The notes: a model not told the origin generated them from the letters alone. DNA of 64,000 nucleotides from an uncultured Acidobacteriota bacterium (GCA_963809485.1 CAWEJX010000019.1:28496-92495); one strand, 5' to 3'. Counted from the first letter of the stretch, positions 27,896 through 38,644 are shown. Made by a program: numbers and translations.

Positions 27896-30214
27896 TCATT
27901 CGCCAACCGGCTCTTGCCAAAAAGCTGGAGTGACCCGGCCCACACGGCATAAAAGCGCTCTGCCCGGCCAACTTCCTGTGATCTGGTCACAGGCGTCCGG
28001 CTCATCCGTCGTCAGCACGTTCACGTTCGACTGCCATAGCCCATGCAGGGACGGCTCAGCCCCGGGCTGCTCCGGGAACCACCAATTGTGTTCCGCATGC
28101 ACCACGCGCGGATCGATTCCGGAGGTGAGCTGCGCCTTCATTATGATAGCGCCTCTCGGGGTTTCGATCCTTGCCCAGTCGCCTTCGCGAAGGCCCAGTC
28201 CGGCGGCGGTTTCCGGATGAATCTGCAGAAGCGGATCGGGGTGTTGCTCGCGCAGTCCCATGCCGAACTGGCGATGCTCGGACTGAAACTGCGGCAGGAA
28301 CCGTCCCCCGTTGATCAGGATAAGAGGATATTCTTTGGCAATCTCCGGGGTGCTGACCGGGCTCTCCGGAGGCTCTTCGTAGCACGGCAGGGGATCGTAA
28401 CCCAGCTCCTCGAGCAGGTTCGAATAGAGTTCAAACTTGCCGCTCCGTGTGGCGAATCCGGTGACCTTGCCGGTCCGCGGATTGATCCTATCGTGGGTCC
28501 AGGGTTCCGCACTGGCGATCACATATTTGCCGGCAGCCGCCTCCGCAAACTTAATGCCCAAAGGCTCGAGGCGATAGTCGTACAGCTCCTCTTCCGTTTT
28601 CCAGGGGAAGTGCTCCCCGAAACCGAGGCGAATGGCGAGTTCGCGGAAGAAATAATAGTCGGTCTTACGCTCGCCAATCGGCTGTATGGCGCGCTCGGCG
28701 GCGACGAGCACGGACGTGAAGTCCTCCATCGTGGATAGCGTTCCCCGCTCCAGCTTGCTGGCTGCGGGAAGCACATAGTCCGCCAGCATTGCCGTCGGCG
28801 TCATGAAGTGCTCCAACACCACATGAAGATCCAGGTTGGGGCTCTTCAGAGCCTTGTACACCAATTGGGTGTTGGCCGCATTGAGCAGGGGATTGCTGCC
28901 CCAGGTAATGAGGGCCTTCGTGGGATACGGAACCCCGTCCACAATGCTGCGCCAGATGGCCGGTTCCGGAGCAGTGAAGCTGTGCCCGCTCATGGGCAGG
29001 GGCACGCCATAGGTTCGCTCATAAAGCGCATTCATCCGCTCATACGCGGGCCAGGTCATGAGCTTGAAGCGGTCGCTGCCCAGTTGTTTGGCGCGCTGCT
29101 CCGGCGAGCACAGTTCCGCCATCTGCATCATGGAATCGCGCATGGCCATCACGCCGTTCAAGAAAGGGCCCGGCCCCTCGGGAGCCAGTCCGGGCGCCTC
29201 GCCCCGCATGTTACCCGTTATGGCATGCAGACAGAGCTTGGCCTGTTCCACGCGCGTGGCATTGCGCCCCAACTGATCGGGCGCCAGCCCGCTGTGGATG
29301 CAGCCGGGCTTGTTGCCCGCATAGGCAATCGCGGAAGCGATGATTTGATCGACTGGAATCCACGTAATCTCAGCGACCCGTTCCGGGGTGTACTCTGCGG
29401 CTCGCTGCTTGAGCTGTTCGAAGCCGTAAGTCCATTGCTCGACGAAATCCCGGTCGTAGAGGCCGCGCCCAATGATCACCCGGATCCAGGCCATCAGCAG
29501 GGCCGTATCGGTGCCGGGGCGAATCTGTAGCCAAATATCTGCCATCTTTGCCATCTCGGTTTTCCGCGGATCGATGACGATCATCTTGGCTTCGGGCTTC
29601 TGCGTGCGCCACTTCTGCATCGGCCGCCGGCGAACCGGATTCGCCGCGGTGTAATCCCTTCCCAGCAGCACCAGGCAGTTGAGGTTCTTGATGGGAGGCG
29701 CCAGGATGCAGGGTATGTTCGTGCCTGCAAGCGCGAAGGCCAGCGCGACCTTGTTGCAGGCACAGGCGGTCCCGGCAGCACCTACGTTGGCCGGATTGCC
29801 GAAAAGGTTCAGGAAGCGCGCGCGGATGGCATAGAAATCCGAGCGGTAGGTCCCTTCAATGGTGGACAGACTTTCCGCGCCGTATTCGCCTTTGATCGCC
29901 TGCAGTTTTGCGGCAATCTCGTCGAGCGCCTGCTCCCAGGAGATCCTCTGCCAGCGGTTCGCGCCGCGCTCATCCTGCCGCTTGAGCGGGTGCATCAGCT
30001 GGTCCGGATGGTCCAGCCACTGGCGAAAATGCGGCATCCGCTCGGCGCAGACTGAGCCGCGATTGTAAGGGAATTCCGGGTTCCCTTTGATGCTCAGGAT
30101 CTTGTTGTTCTTGACACGCACCAGCAATCCGCAATTGCAGTGACAGCCCGGAGACGGCCAGCAGAGGGTCTTCTTGACTTCTACTCCTGATTCCTCGTCC
30201 GCGACTTCGTTCAT
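27896..30214 (-). CDS. Molybdopterin (bis-MGD) oxidoreductase, DMSO reductase superfamily, acetylene-hydratase-like branch
   Basis: CWPSPGCHCNC...C Fe-S motif, WLQIRPGTD, ADYVLPAA, C-terminal dinucleotide-binding domain; no Tat signal. Confidence 0.9.
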   Translation of the reverse strand: MNEVADEESGVEVKKTLCWPSPGCHCNCGLLVRVKNNKILSIKGNPEFPYNRGSVCAERMPHFRQWLDHPDQLMHPLKRQDERGANRWQRISWEQALDEIAAKLQAIKGEYGAESLSTIEGTYRSDFYAIRARFLNLFGNPANVGAAGTACACNKVALAFALAGTNIPCILAPPIKNLNCLVLLGRDYTAANPVRRRPMQKWRTQKPEAKMIVIDPRKTEMAKMADIWLQIRPGTDTALLMAWIRVIIGRGLYDRDFVEQWTYGFEQLKQRAAEYTPERVAEITWIPVDQIIASAIAYAGNKPGCIHSGLAPDQLGRNATRVEQAKLCLHAITGNMRGEAPGLAPEGPGPFLNGVMAMRDSMMQMAELCSPEQRAKQLGSDRFKLMTWPAYERMNALYERTYGVPLPMSGHSFTAPEPAIWRSIVDGVPYPTKALITWGSNPLLNAANTQLVYKALKSPNLDLHVVLEHFMTPTAMLADYVLPAASKLERGTLSTMEDFTSVLVAAERAIQPIGERKTDYYFFRELAIRLGFGEHFPWKTEEELYDYRLEPLGIKFAEAAAGKYVIASAEPWTHDRINPRTGKVTGFATRSGKFELYSNLLEELGYDPLPCYEEPPESPVSTPEIAKEYPLILINGGRFLPQFQSEHRQFGMGLREQHPDPLLQIHPETAAGLGLREGDWARIETPRGAIIMKAQLTSGIDPRVVHAEHNWWFPEQPGAEPSLHGLWQSNVNVLTTDEPDACDQITGSWPGRALLCRVGRVTPAFWQEPVGE

Positions 30215-30593
30215 TGGACTTCCTCCCTTTATTCATGGCACAGATTATCCAGCTTTCTGCAGGGCGTCAACAAACATGCCAGAGAGGGTTGGACGGTTGC
30301 AGCCATGCAGGTGAAGAGGATGCAGCCTTGCCTCAAAATAGGAAAATGAAAAAGAGAATTTCCGGCAATTCGGAAAATGGATTAGAGTATGGGCTGTTTT
30401 GGGCCGGGAGTCAGGCTCTGCAAGGATCGGTCTGCCATCCTTTTGCTTCGAAGATCTCATACCGCCGAGCCAGCGGGGAACGCCGGCAGAAGGAGGAGAA
30501 AAGGGTGAGAACAAAAAAATGGTCCCCCATCGGGCAGAAAGTCAATTGCGCTGCAATCCAGCCCTAATTTCCTCATTGCTGCGGGAGCGCCCA

Positions 30594-31850
30594 ATGTCGC
30601 TGAAGGGTCTTTGGTCCTATGAAAACCGGCTGCTCATAATCCTCGCCGTGAGTTTTGGATTCGCATTCTTTGACCGCAACGCCGTCAACTACCTCACGCC
30701 GTACATCGTCGGAGAACTCGGGCTGAACAACGCCCAGGTCGGCCTTCTCGGCTCCGTGCTTGCACTCAGCTGGGCGGTTGCCGGCTATGTCATCGGCCGG
30801 TGGTCCGACGCTGCCGGCGTGCGCAAACCATTTCTGGTCGGCATCCTGCTGGTCTTCTCCGCCTGCTCGGTTCTCTCGGGGCTGGCCGCCTCCTTTCCCA
30901 TTCTGCTCGCTGCACGGCTCATCATGGGAATCGCGGAAGGTCCGATGCTTCCCGTCTGCCTGGCGATCATGGCCATCGAGTCTTCACCGACCCGGCGCGG
31001 CCTCAACACCGGCGTTATACAAAGCGTATTCTCATCGTTGGTCGGGGCCTCCATTGCGCCGCTTGTGCTGGTGCAGCTCGCCGAATGGTTCAACTGGCGC
31101 GTTACGTTCTACCTGGCGGGAGCTCCCGGGCTGCTCTGCGCCCTGGCCGTCATGCGGTACGTTCGGGAACCGCAGTCCGCAGGTGTCGCAGACAAAAAGG
31201 CCGCAGGGGCGACAGGCATCGGGGGCCAGTGGGCCATCTTCCGGGAGCGTAATATCTGGTTGTGCTGCGCGATTGCCTGCCTGATGGTGCCCTGGCTGAT
31301 GCTCCATCAGACATTCCTGCCCCTGTTCCTCACGAAAATGCGCCACCTCAGCAACCAGCAGATGAGCCAGGTGATGAGCGTGCTCGGTGTCTGCGCGGCC
31401 TTCGTGGGCTTCTGCGGCCCGGCGTTATCGGACCGCCTGGGCCGCAAGCCCGTTATCTTCGGTCTGTGTTCCATCAGCCTGGCGACGCCGCTAGCGGCGC
31501 TGTATTTTCAGGGTTCAACGCTTTTCCTGGCCGCGATCATGTTCATCGGCTGGCTGGGCACCGGGACTTTTGCGCTCTTTATGGGGGTCATTCCGACGGA
31601 GACATTGCCCGCGCGCCATGCCGCGAGCGGGATGGGACTGGTCATGGGCGCCGGCGAGGTCATCGGCGGATTCTGCGCGCCGCTGTTGGGCGGCTGGGCA
31701 GCAGATCAAACCACACTGGCTGCACCGATCAAGATCGCCGCAATCTGCGCCTTCGGCGCCGCGGTTCTGTGTCTGTTCCTGAAGGAAACCGCCCCGGTGA
31801 AGGTCGGGATCCCCGCCATCCGGCCGGAATCCGCGGACTCTTTGCCGTAG
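30594..31850 (+). CDS. MFS transporter
   Basis: FFDRNA, GRWSDAAGVRK, SDRLGRKP; 12 TM pattern. Confidence 0.9.
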   Translation: MSLKGLWSYENRLLIILAVSFGFAFFDRNAVNYLTPYIVGELGLNNAQVGLLGSVLALSWAVAGYVIGRWSDAAGVRKPFLVGILLVFSACSVLSGLAASFPILLAARLIMGIAEGPMLPVCLAIMAIESSPTRRGLNTGVIQSVFSSLVGASIAPLVLVQLAEWFNWRVTFYLAGAPGLLCALAVMRYVREPQSAGVADKKAAGATGIGGQWAIFRERNIWLCCAIACLMVPWLMLHQTFLPLFLTKMRHLSNQQMSQVMSVLGVCAAFVGFCGPALSDRLGRKPVIFGLCSISLATPLAALYFQGSTLFLAAIMFIGWLGTGTFALFMGVIPTETLPARHAASGMGLVMGAGEVIGGFCAPLLGGWAADQTTLAAPIKIAAICAFGAAVLCLFLKETAPVKVGIPAIRPESADSLP

Positions 31851-31924
31851 CTTGGGGAATCACTCTCGCCACGCCAAAGCCTGGTGGCTTGCGCCGGGGG
31901 ATGAGATCGGGATTCCGGGCGCGG

Positions 31925-32839
31925 TTACCAGGCGGTGGCAAAATGGCTTAATGCGATCCAGATTGAGACCATTATAAGAACGGAAGCCGCCAGGCGAAGC
32001 CCGTATACCTTCCTGCTCTGCGTTTCCAGCATCGTGCTTCCGCGATGGGTCAGGACCGCACTGATAAGCACGATAAAAATCCCCCGGGTCGACTGCAGGA
32101 TATTGGGGATCACCACTCCGCTGGACAGCTTGAGCATAACCGTAAACAGCAGCGTCGCCGCTACAAGCGAAACTGCAGAGTAGACACTGAGCTGCAAATC
32201 CATGCCATTCAAGGCAAGCGGGACCTTCTTTTTCGCCAAATAGGGGATGATGCAAAGCGAAAGGACGCCGACAATAAAATTGTAGTAGATCATGAAATTA
32301 TAAGAGTCCATGTAGATCAGCGAACGCTTGATATAGACATCCGTAAATCCGAATAGGATGCTGCAGGCGGTCATCAGAGCCACCGGCCGCAGCGGGAATC
32401 TGCTGCCTCCGCTTTTTGACGGAGAGTAACTGAGTATGGCGATCGAAATTGCCACTAAAACGGCGGCTGCATAGACCTGCCAGTTGTGTTTTTCATGAAG
32501 CATCGGGATTGCCAGAAGGCCGGCGAAAATCACCTTGCTTCCCATAATCGGCATTACGCTGGAAACATCACCGCAGTGGAGCGCGCTGTAGAGAAAAAGA
32601 TAGGCGACAACACAGGTGATGCATGATATCCAAAGCGGAGTCCATCCTGCCGGAGAAGGGAATTGCGGTTTGACAAAAATCCAAAGCAACGGCGTAACAA
32701 GCGCCTGGATAACACTTATATAGAGAAATAATAGAAAAGGTTCCCCTATTCTGTTTTTAAGAAGCGCTTTTGAGAACGCGGAATAGATGCTGTGCGCGAA
32801 GCCTGAGGAAAGGCCCAAGAGGAACAGGACGGTATTCAT
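31925..32839 (-). CDS. DMT/EamA family transporter
   Basis: About 10 TM segments in two repeats; GDVSSVMPIMGSK. Confidence 0.78.
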   Translation of the reverse strand: MNTVLFLLGLSSGFAHSIYSAFSKALLKNRIGEPFLLFLYISVIQALVTPLLWIFVKPQFPSPAGWTPLWISCITCVVAYLFLYSALHCGDVSSVMPIMGSKVIFAGLLAIPMLHEKHNWQVYAAAVLVAISIAILSYSPSKSGGSRFPLRPVALMTACSILFGFTDVYIKRSLIYMDSYNFMIYYNFIVGVLSLCIIPYLAKKKVPLALNGMDLQLSVYSAVSLVAATLLFTVMLKLSSGVVIPNILQSTRGIFIVLISAVLTHRGSTMLETQSRKVYGLRLAASVLIMVSIWIALSHFATAW

Positions 32840-32857
32840 AAATGGAGCAAAAAAAGC

Positions 32858-33043
32858 GAACCGAAGAATATTGAATGACGAATTTCGAACCGCAGAAGCA
32901 TAACACATTCATTAGCGAGAATTGAGAAGCGGGAGGAATTCAATACAAGCACTTTTGAACCGAAGAATGCAGAATGATGGATTTCGACGGCAGGAGTAAT
33001 AATGGCATGGGACGAACACTTCGAAATTCGACATTCTGCGGTT
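32858..33043. repeat. REP-like repeats (GAACCGAAGAAT...GAATTTCGA / TTCGAAATTCGACATTCTGCGGTT)
   Basis: Two forward copies (about 32858 and 32957) and one inverted copy (about 33018); related to 18682-18734. Confidence 0.6.
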
Positions 33044-33055
33044 TGTTTTGGTTGT

Positions 33056-33096
33056 GCCCGCCCACCGCAAGAAGAGAGTTCTTGCGGTGGGCGGGC
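33056..33096 (-). terminator. Perfect 18-bp hairpin downstream of the HAD/ECH gene
   Basis: GCCCGCCCACCGCAAGAA-GAGAG-TTCTTGCGGTGGGCGGGC. Confidence 0.6.
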
Positions 33097-33136
33097 GTCC
33101 GGGACGCTCTGCAAACAGAGCTGGCAAATATCTCTG

Positions 33137-35146
33137 CTATTTGGCGAATTGGGGTTTTCTCTTTTCCATGAACGCGGTAACCCCTTCCTTGCAGTCTGCG
33201 GCGCAGGAGATATCGCCGGCACCCACATAGGCGATCTCCAGAGCTTCCGCCAGGGTCTTGGCTTTTGCGGCCTTATTGATGATGCCGCCGATGATTCCAA
33301 GGATTTCCTTGCTGAGCGGGAGATCTCCGGCCATTGGCGCATCGGGCACGACAAACTCCGGAATATCCACGGGCCCCTCGGGAATTCTGGGTACATTCCC
33401 CTGGAGCCTGCTGACTTCCGCGATAGCCGCGTCAATTAACTCAGGGAACGTCTTTACGGCCTTTTTCACAATGCCGATTTCCATGGCCTCTGGAACCGTC
33501 AATCTTTCGGATTGGCCGATCATGGCATGGAATTTCGCCGCCGCCTTGGGCCATTTGCGATACGGGATCACGACGCCGCCCATACCGGGTATCATTCCCA
33601 AGGTGATTTCGGGAAGTTGCATGAAGGCCTTTTCCATTGCCACCATGCTGTGGCAACGCGTAGCCAGCTCGGTGCCGCCGCCCATGGCAAGCCCGTTGAG
33701 AGCCGCAACAACCGGCTTGTTCATCTTATCGATGTACTCGAGGACTTTCGAGTTGCCGCGAGACAACGCCTGCCCCTTCTCATGGTTGCCGAAGGTTGCG
33801 ACAAATCCGCCGATATCGGCGCCGGCGCAGAAAGCCTTGGGACCGTAGCCGGTGATCACGAATCCCTTCACGGAAGCATCGGCTTCGCCTTTTTTGAGTT
33901 CGGCAAGTATCTCGTTGCAGGTCTTGTCACTCAGAGCGTTAGCCGCCTGGGGCCTGCGTTGCGTGAGGATGACTACTCCATCCTTCTTGTCGACCAGGAT
34001 GTCCCGCGGGAAATCGAGGTACTCTTGAATGGGCTTTGCAGGTTTGGGGAAACCGGGGCGCTCGGCGTCGAACTTCCCAATGTAGCTCTTGACCTTTTCG
34101 ACCCCGAGGCTGGCCATCAGATCGAAGATGCCTTTTTTATACCCGAGCGCGATCATGCTGCCGAAATTTAGATCGCTGCTTGTGCCGATATTTCTGTCCG
34201 CGACATCGAAAGCCTGAGAGAAAACGCATCCCAGGAAACGCATCCGGATCCATTCGGCAATCTCAGGATCCACGTCGACCTTGGTGCCGGGCCTGTTATA
34301 AGCCCATTTATCTACGGACAGCAGCAGCTTGGATGGTGCATAGGCGGCTCTTTCAGCCGATCTCCGGGTCTGGGACGAGTAGGTCAGCGGATTGGTCATG
34401 ATACCAAAAGGCCCGGCGCCCAGAAACTCTTCGCTGATGCGGTCGATCTCCTTGCTGGTAGCCTTTTCCAGCATCCACGCGGTTTCGCTTCCCCAGCTTT
34501 CAAACAACCGGTTAAGAACAAAGGAAAATACATCCTGGGCAGCGATTGGCGCCTTCCCGGCCTGGGCAAAGAACCAGAGAAGCCAATTAACGGTTTCCGG
34601 GTCCGCCTTTTCCCAGTTGATGACCTCCACTCCCATGCTGCGCCACGCCGGCTCGAAGAAGTGGGTATTCGTGGTTCTCCCCGGGTTATTCAAATGGCTG
34701 AAGATTTGATACGCCTGAATGCCACTGGTGTTGGAAGTGATGAGGGCATCCTTGGCGACAACCGACTCGACCTGAGAGAGGATCTTCTTTTTCAGATCCA
34801 GGTTTTCCGTTGCTGCCTCGATCACAAGTTCGCAGTTTTTCAGCTGGCTGTAATCCGTGGTGTAGATGATATTGCCCAGGATTTTTTCCACCTGTTCGGG
34901 CCGTATCGTTTTTCTTTCCACACCCTTTTTTGCGTATCCTTCAAATCGCGCCTTCGCTTTGTTGAGAGGTTCTTCGACCACATCCACAAGGTACAGTTTC
35001 ATTTCAGGGAAAGCGGTCCGAAAACCATAGGCAATGTCGGGACCGATGGTCCCGGATCCCACCACTGCCATCTCTTTGGGTATGGGCCGGGCGGGCTTGA
35101 TGAGGAAGGGGTTCTGAAAGCTTGGATACAGGTTTTTTACCGTCAT
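33137..35146 (-). CDS. 3-hydroxyacyl-CoA dehydrogenase / enoyl-CoA hydratase fusion (HAD N-terminal, ECH C-terminal)
   Basis: GSGTIG, EAATENL, SNTS, HFFEP; AFCAGADI, GGGTEL, PEITLG. Confidence 0.92.
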   Translation of the reverse strand: MTVKNLYPSFQNPFLIKPARPIPKEMAVVGSGTIGPDIAYGFRTAFPEMKLYLVDVVEEPLNKAKARFEGYAKKGVERKTIRPEQVEKILGNIIYTTDYSQLKNCELVIEAATENLDLKKKILSQVESVVAKDALITSNTSGIQAYQIFSHLNNPGRTTNTHFFEPAWRSMGVEVINWEKADPETVNWLLWFFAQAGKAPIAAQDVFSFVLNRLFESWGSETAWMLEKATSKEIDRISEEFLGAGPFGIMTNPLTYSSQTRRSAERAAYAPSKLLLSVDKWAYNRPGTKVDVDPEIAEWIRMRFLGCVFSQAFDVADRNIGTSSDLNFGSMIALGYKKGIFDLMASLGVEKVKSYIGKFDAERPGFPKPAKPIQEYLDFPRDILVDKKDGVVILTQRRPQAANALSDKTCNEILAELKKGEADASVKGFVITGYGPKAFCAGADIGGFVATFGNHEKGQALSRGNSKVLEYIDKMNKPVVAALNGLAMGGGTELATRCHSMVAMEKAFMQLPEITLGMIPGMGGVVIPYRKWPKAAAKFHAMIGQSERLTVPEAMEIGIVKKAVKTFPELIDAAIAEVSRLQGNVPRIPEGPVDIPEFVVPDAPMAGDLPLSKEILGIIGGIINKAAKAKTLAEALEIAYVGAGDISCAADCKEGVTAFMEKRKPQFAK

Positions 35147-35177
35147 TTTGATGTCTCCTTCAAATGTCGTCTGCGTA

Positions 35178-36368
35178 TTAATTCACTTTGAATACCAGGG
35201 CGGCTCCAGAATCGCCCGCCGCGCAACCGGCTACCAGTCCATAACCGCCGCCTTTCAGGACCAGCTCCTCGATCAGCTCGATGGCCAACCTCGTGACCGT
35301 GGGCCCTTGAGGGTGTCCCCAAATCAGAGAGCATCCATAATTGTTGAATATTTTGTCGTCGATCCCCATCTGTTTTCGCATGATGATATCGTTAACAGAA
35401 AACGGGTTGTGGGTTTTCACCGCCTTGAGATCGGACACCTTGATGCCGGCCCTTTCCAATGCCTGATTCGATGCCGGAACCGGCGCATCCGGCATATGCG
35501 CCTTTTTGGTGCGCGCAAAGCCATAGGAAAGTATCTGGATGGTCACGGCCTTGTCGGCGGAAAGAGAAGCCGCTTTATCCTTTGTAGTTACGATCATGCC
35601 GGCATTGCCATCGGCTGCATGCGTTTGAGCGCCGGCGGTTATGATGGAATCCGGGCCCATCGTTTTCAGCGCTGCCAGGCCCTCAGCGGTGCAGGGCGTA
35701 ATCCCTTCGTCCGCTTCCACCATGATGGATTTTTTCCTGGAGAGCCAGACTTCAACGGGGAGCATATAGCGTTTCTGAAATTCGCGGTCATTCGCCGTCG
35801 ACATCAGGTACTTATTGTATCGATCGAGGACCACTGCATCGGATTCTTCCCGGGTGATGCCGTGTTCTTTTGTAACATTGTTAGCCGTGCCCAGAGGGCC
35901 GGTGTCGCCCGTCGGTTCAAAGTTGAAGCCGTCTATCATCCAGCTTTCGAAGTCCGGCTTTCCGCCGAGGCCTGCAGGGTTCGGCCATAGGATGTTCGGA
36001 CAGTTTGATGCCCGGTCACAGGTAGCAACAAGTATATTGGAATCGCTCCCCGCTTCGATGGAGGTTGCGGCAGTTTTGATGCAAACCGTGGCGGTGGCGC
36101 ACGCCTGGGCAACTCGGGGACCGCTGATATACGGATTGCCAATCAGCGTGGCAAACCAGGGGGCATCATAAAACCACATCTTTTGGGGAATGGTCGCGCC
36201 GAAGACGATGCTGTCGAAGATATCCGGCTTGATGCCGCGTAATTCGAAGAACTTTTTCGCAGTGGCCGCTGCCAGCTGTACGGCATGCTGATTCTGCAGG
36301 GATTCCTGCCAGCGGCAAAAAGGCGAGCTCCAGTATCCTTTGTAGGGAACAAATACGTTTTTAAACAT
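35178..36368 (-). CDS. Thiolase family protein (HNPF variant)
   Basis: QACAT, THNPF in place of NEAF, GHPQGPT, GCAAGDSG. Confidence 0.9.
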   Translation of the reverse strand: MFKNVFVPYKGYWSSPFCRWQESLQNQHAVQLAAATAKKFFELRGIKPDIFDSIVFGATIPQKMWFYDAPWFATLIGNPYISGPRVAQACATATVCIKTAATSIEAGSDSNILVATCDRASNCPNILWPNPAGLGGKPDFESWMIDGFNFEPTGDTGPLGTANNVTKEHGITREESDAVVLDRYNKYLMSTANDREFQKRYMLPVEVWLSRKKSIMVEADEGITPCTAEGLAALKTMGPDSIITAGAQTHAADGNAGMIVTTKDKAASLSADKAVTIQILSYGFARTKKAHMPDAPVPASNQALERAGIKVSDLKAVKTHNPFSVNDIIMRKQMGIDDKIFNNYGCSLIWGHPQGPTVTRLAIELIEELVLKGGGYGLVAGCAAGDSGAALVFKVN

Positions 36369-36860
36369 TTCCAGCTCCTTTCGAATATGTTTTCCGCGAC
36401 TCTCTTTATTAGAATCTTACCTTGAGGACGTTTGCGTATTGCAGATAGGAATGCCAAGCTTTCAGGGCTTTGAAATGGTCCATAAGTTTTCTGCGAAATC
36501 GAATAATGTCTTGTTCCGTCGCCCCTGCATCATTGCTTGAAGCCGCCGCGGCATGACCGCTTCCCGGGCCGCAATCCGTTCAAAGCCGTTCCATGACACG
36601 ATACAGGCTCTGCAAAAGACACGCTGCCAAACATGGGGATTCACTTCACGCTTGTTTTGCTTACTTCTTCGAAATCTCAAGCCTGCGCCGGACAATACCG
36701 TAAATGCGCAGAAAGAAAGCAGATTTCGTTAAATAGAATAGGAGAGACCGAGAATCATAGTCAAGCACGAAATACCCCCTTTTGGGGCTATCTTCGGGCA
36801 GTTGAAGCCTTGAGAGGAAAATGCTTGACGCAGAGGCGATCGCGGTGACGGCGTAGCCTA

Positions 36861-36975
36861 ATTCCGAAGAATCGAAATGCGCCGGGGTCTCTGGAAAAGG
36901 CGCTCGAACTGAACCCTAACTTCGGTCTCGCCTATGTCGATCTTGCATTTGTGCTAAACCAACAGGGGCGGAATG
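36861..36975 (+). pseudogene. TPR-repeat gene remnant
   Basis: Frame reads SLEKALELNPNFGLAYVDLAFVLNQQGR, a typical TPR unit; in-frame stop at 36846 and no start before the motif. Confidence 0.5.
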
Positions 36976-37113
36976 CTTTATGTAGCGCACCTGGATCAGT
37001 TCCGGTCAATGATTCAAAAAGCGGCAACGTGACATTTAGCTGTGGGCGATCCGCTTATTGCGTAATGCACCTGCTGATCCGCACCTGTCGTGTCCCGTCC
37101 CCGCAACCCAAAG

Positions 37114-37476
37114 CTACCGCTTTTCCTCCGGGAATTTCAGTGCGAGCAGGGACTGCTCAGGGTTCTTGGTGAAAGATTCCTTGCAGTGTTCCGAACAGAA
37201 ATTCAGCTGGTATCCTCCGTAAGACGCGGAGTGTTCCGCAGAGCCATCCATTCCAAGCATGCAGATCACGCACTTGGTGACGACCTGATCCACAGTTCCG
37301 TCCGCGGCATCCGCCTTGGCGAGCAGGACAAGCGCCTCCTGGCTGGGAGCGCCCGAGGCAGCTCCGGCTGGAGGAGCAGATGCAGATGGCTCTTGACCCC
37401 GGCTGCATCCCGCAAAAGGTAGTGCCATTGAGAGCGCGATCGCCGCGATTGTGATCAGACGATTCGTCGATTTCAT
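37114..37476 (-). CDS. YHS/TRASH-like metal-binding lipoprotein
   Basis: Lipobox FAGC; KCVICMLGM...YQLNFCSEHCKESFTKNP; GGAGA RBS. Confidence 0.75.
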   Translation of the reverse strand: MKSTNRLITIAAIALSMALPFAGCSRGQEPSASAPPAGAASGAPSQEALVLLAKADAADGTVDQVVTKCVICMLGMDGSAEHSASYGGYQLNFCSEHCKESFTKNPEQSLLALKFPEEKR

Positions 37477-37564
37477 AGGGTCTCTCCCATCGTAATTGGC
37501 TTTAAGGCGGAAAGCATACCATAAGCGTCGCGCGGTTCGCAGCCGGAAGCGCGGACGTTTGGAG

Positions 37565-37641
37565 CGGGTGGCGCTATGGGCGTGAAAGCTGACAACAGGA
37601 ATCGGCTCAAGCCTGGCAATCCTTACAGCCAGTTCGTTTAT
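37565..37641 (-). pseudogene. Possible 5' remnant of a GyrI-like effector-binding protein
   Basis: AAAGGAGG RBS followed by ATA (degenerate start) and NELAVRIARLEPIPVVSFHAHS, after which similarity is lost. Confidence 0.35.
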
Positions 37642-37822
37642 ATGTTCTGCCTCCTTTGAGCTGTGGTTTTTGGTCAATCGGGTGCTGAATCCTGGTGCCG
37701 CAGCATAGCACAAATGCTCGGCAGAAGCATCGGGATCCTCCCGCACCTGGATGCGGAAAAACCTGCGCGAGATGGAATCCATTCTCCGTCTGGAGGGATA
37801 GTTTTGCTTGAGGTGATTCTAT

Positions 37823-38189
37823 TGGTAAATCCACGGCTCTGCCGGGGGACTCATAGAGTTTGACAGCTCTGCATTTTGAAACGCTTAGATACGCTGACAA
37901 AAGCGCTGACAGACGCCGTGTTCGGCGGCAAAAGCCGAGAGGCGCGATGGAGATTTCTGCGGCAGCACTGTGGCAAGCGCCGTGCGGCAAGGAGATGGAG
38001 GTTATGAGAAACAGGGCGTTGCCACAGTGCCGCCGCGATCGTCCGCGCGGAGCGCTGGCCCCGCGGGATCGGAAGCGCCTCATCGGCTTTTGCCCGCGTA
38101 AGTCAGCGTTCAAGACCAGCGTAACTAGTCCAACCGCTTTGAGCGGTTCCAATCTTTCAAGCCTCCGGCTTTGCCGGAGGTGCCTGACT
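37823..38189 (+). mobile_element. Non-autonomous IS200/IS605-like element, long form with degenerate nested hairpin
   Basis: Colinear with 20389-20770; same left and right end hairpins. Confidence 0.82.
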
Positions 38190-38644
38190 GCACTGGGTTG
38201 ACAAAAACCGCAGATTGTTTGCTGCAGCAAAGGATCTCGCAGAATCTTGATAGGCGTCATCAAGCCCGCTCCAGAGGGGAACAGACATGCCCCAGGCGGG
38301 TACCGCTTTCCCGGATCCCTGAGTCCCAAAAGGCCTCCATCTCAGCCGACACCAGTTTTTCCTCTGTTTACTCCTGCAATAAACAAAGCCGATTACGGCT
38401 ATCCGCAAATGAAAGCGGCCTGCAAATTAGTGCTCTGCCGGTGTTTTGGTAGTAAGATACCATCAGATTTCCACTGTTGGATTTTTTTGCTGAGGGTGGC
38501 CCCCGGAGCGCAAGAGCGGGCAGCTATAGGGTCCTATCAGGGGTGGAAGTAGATATCCTGCTGTGCGATCGGGGAAAACGGCAGGTTTATTGCACCTGTC
38601 CGCTTAGCCTGTCAATTTTTATATTTTCTTGAGGAGATGAGCCA

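Noticed and set aside
36441-36456. Sigma54 promoter upstream of the thiolase (minus strand TGGCATTCCTATCTGC)
   Set aside because: GG-to-GC spacing is one base too long
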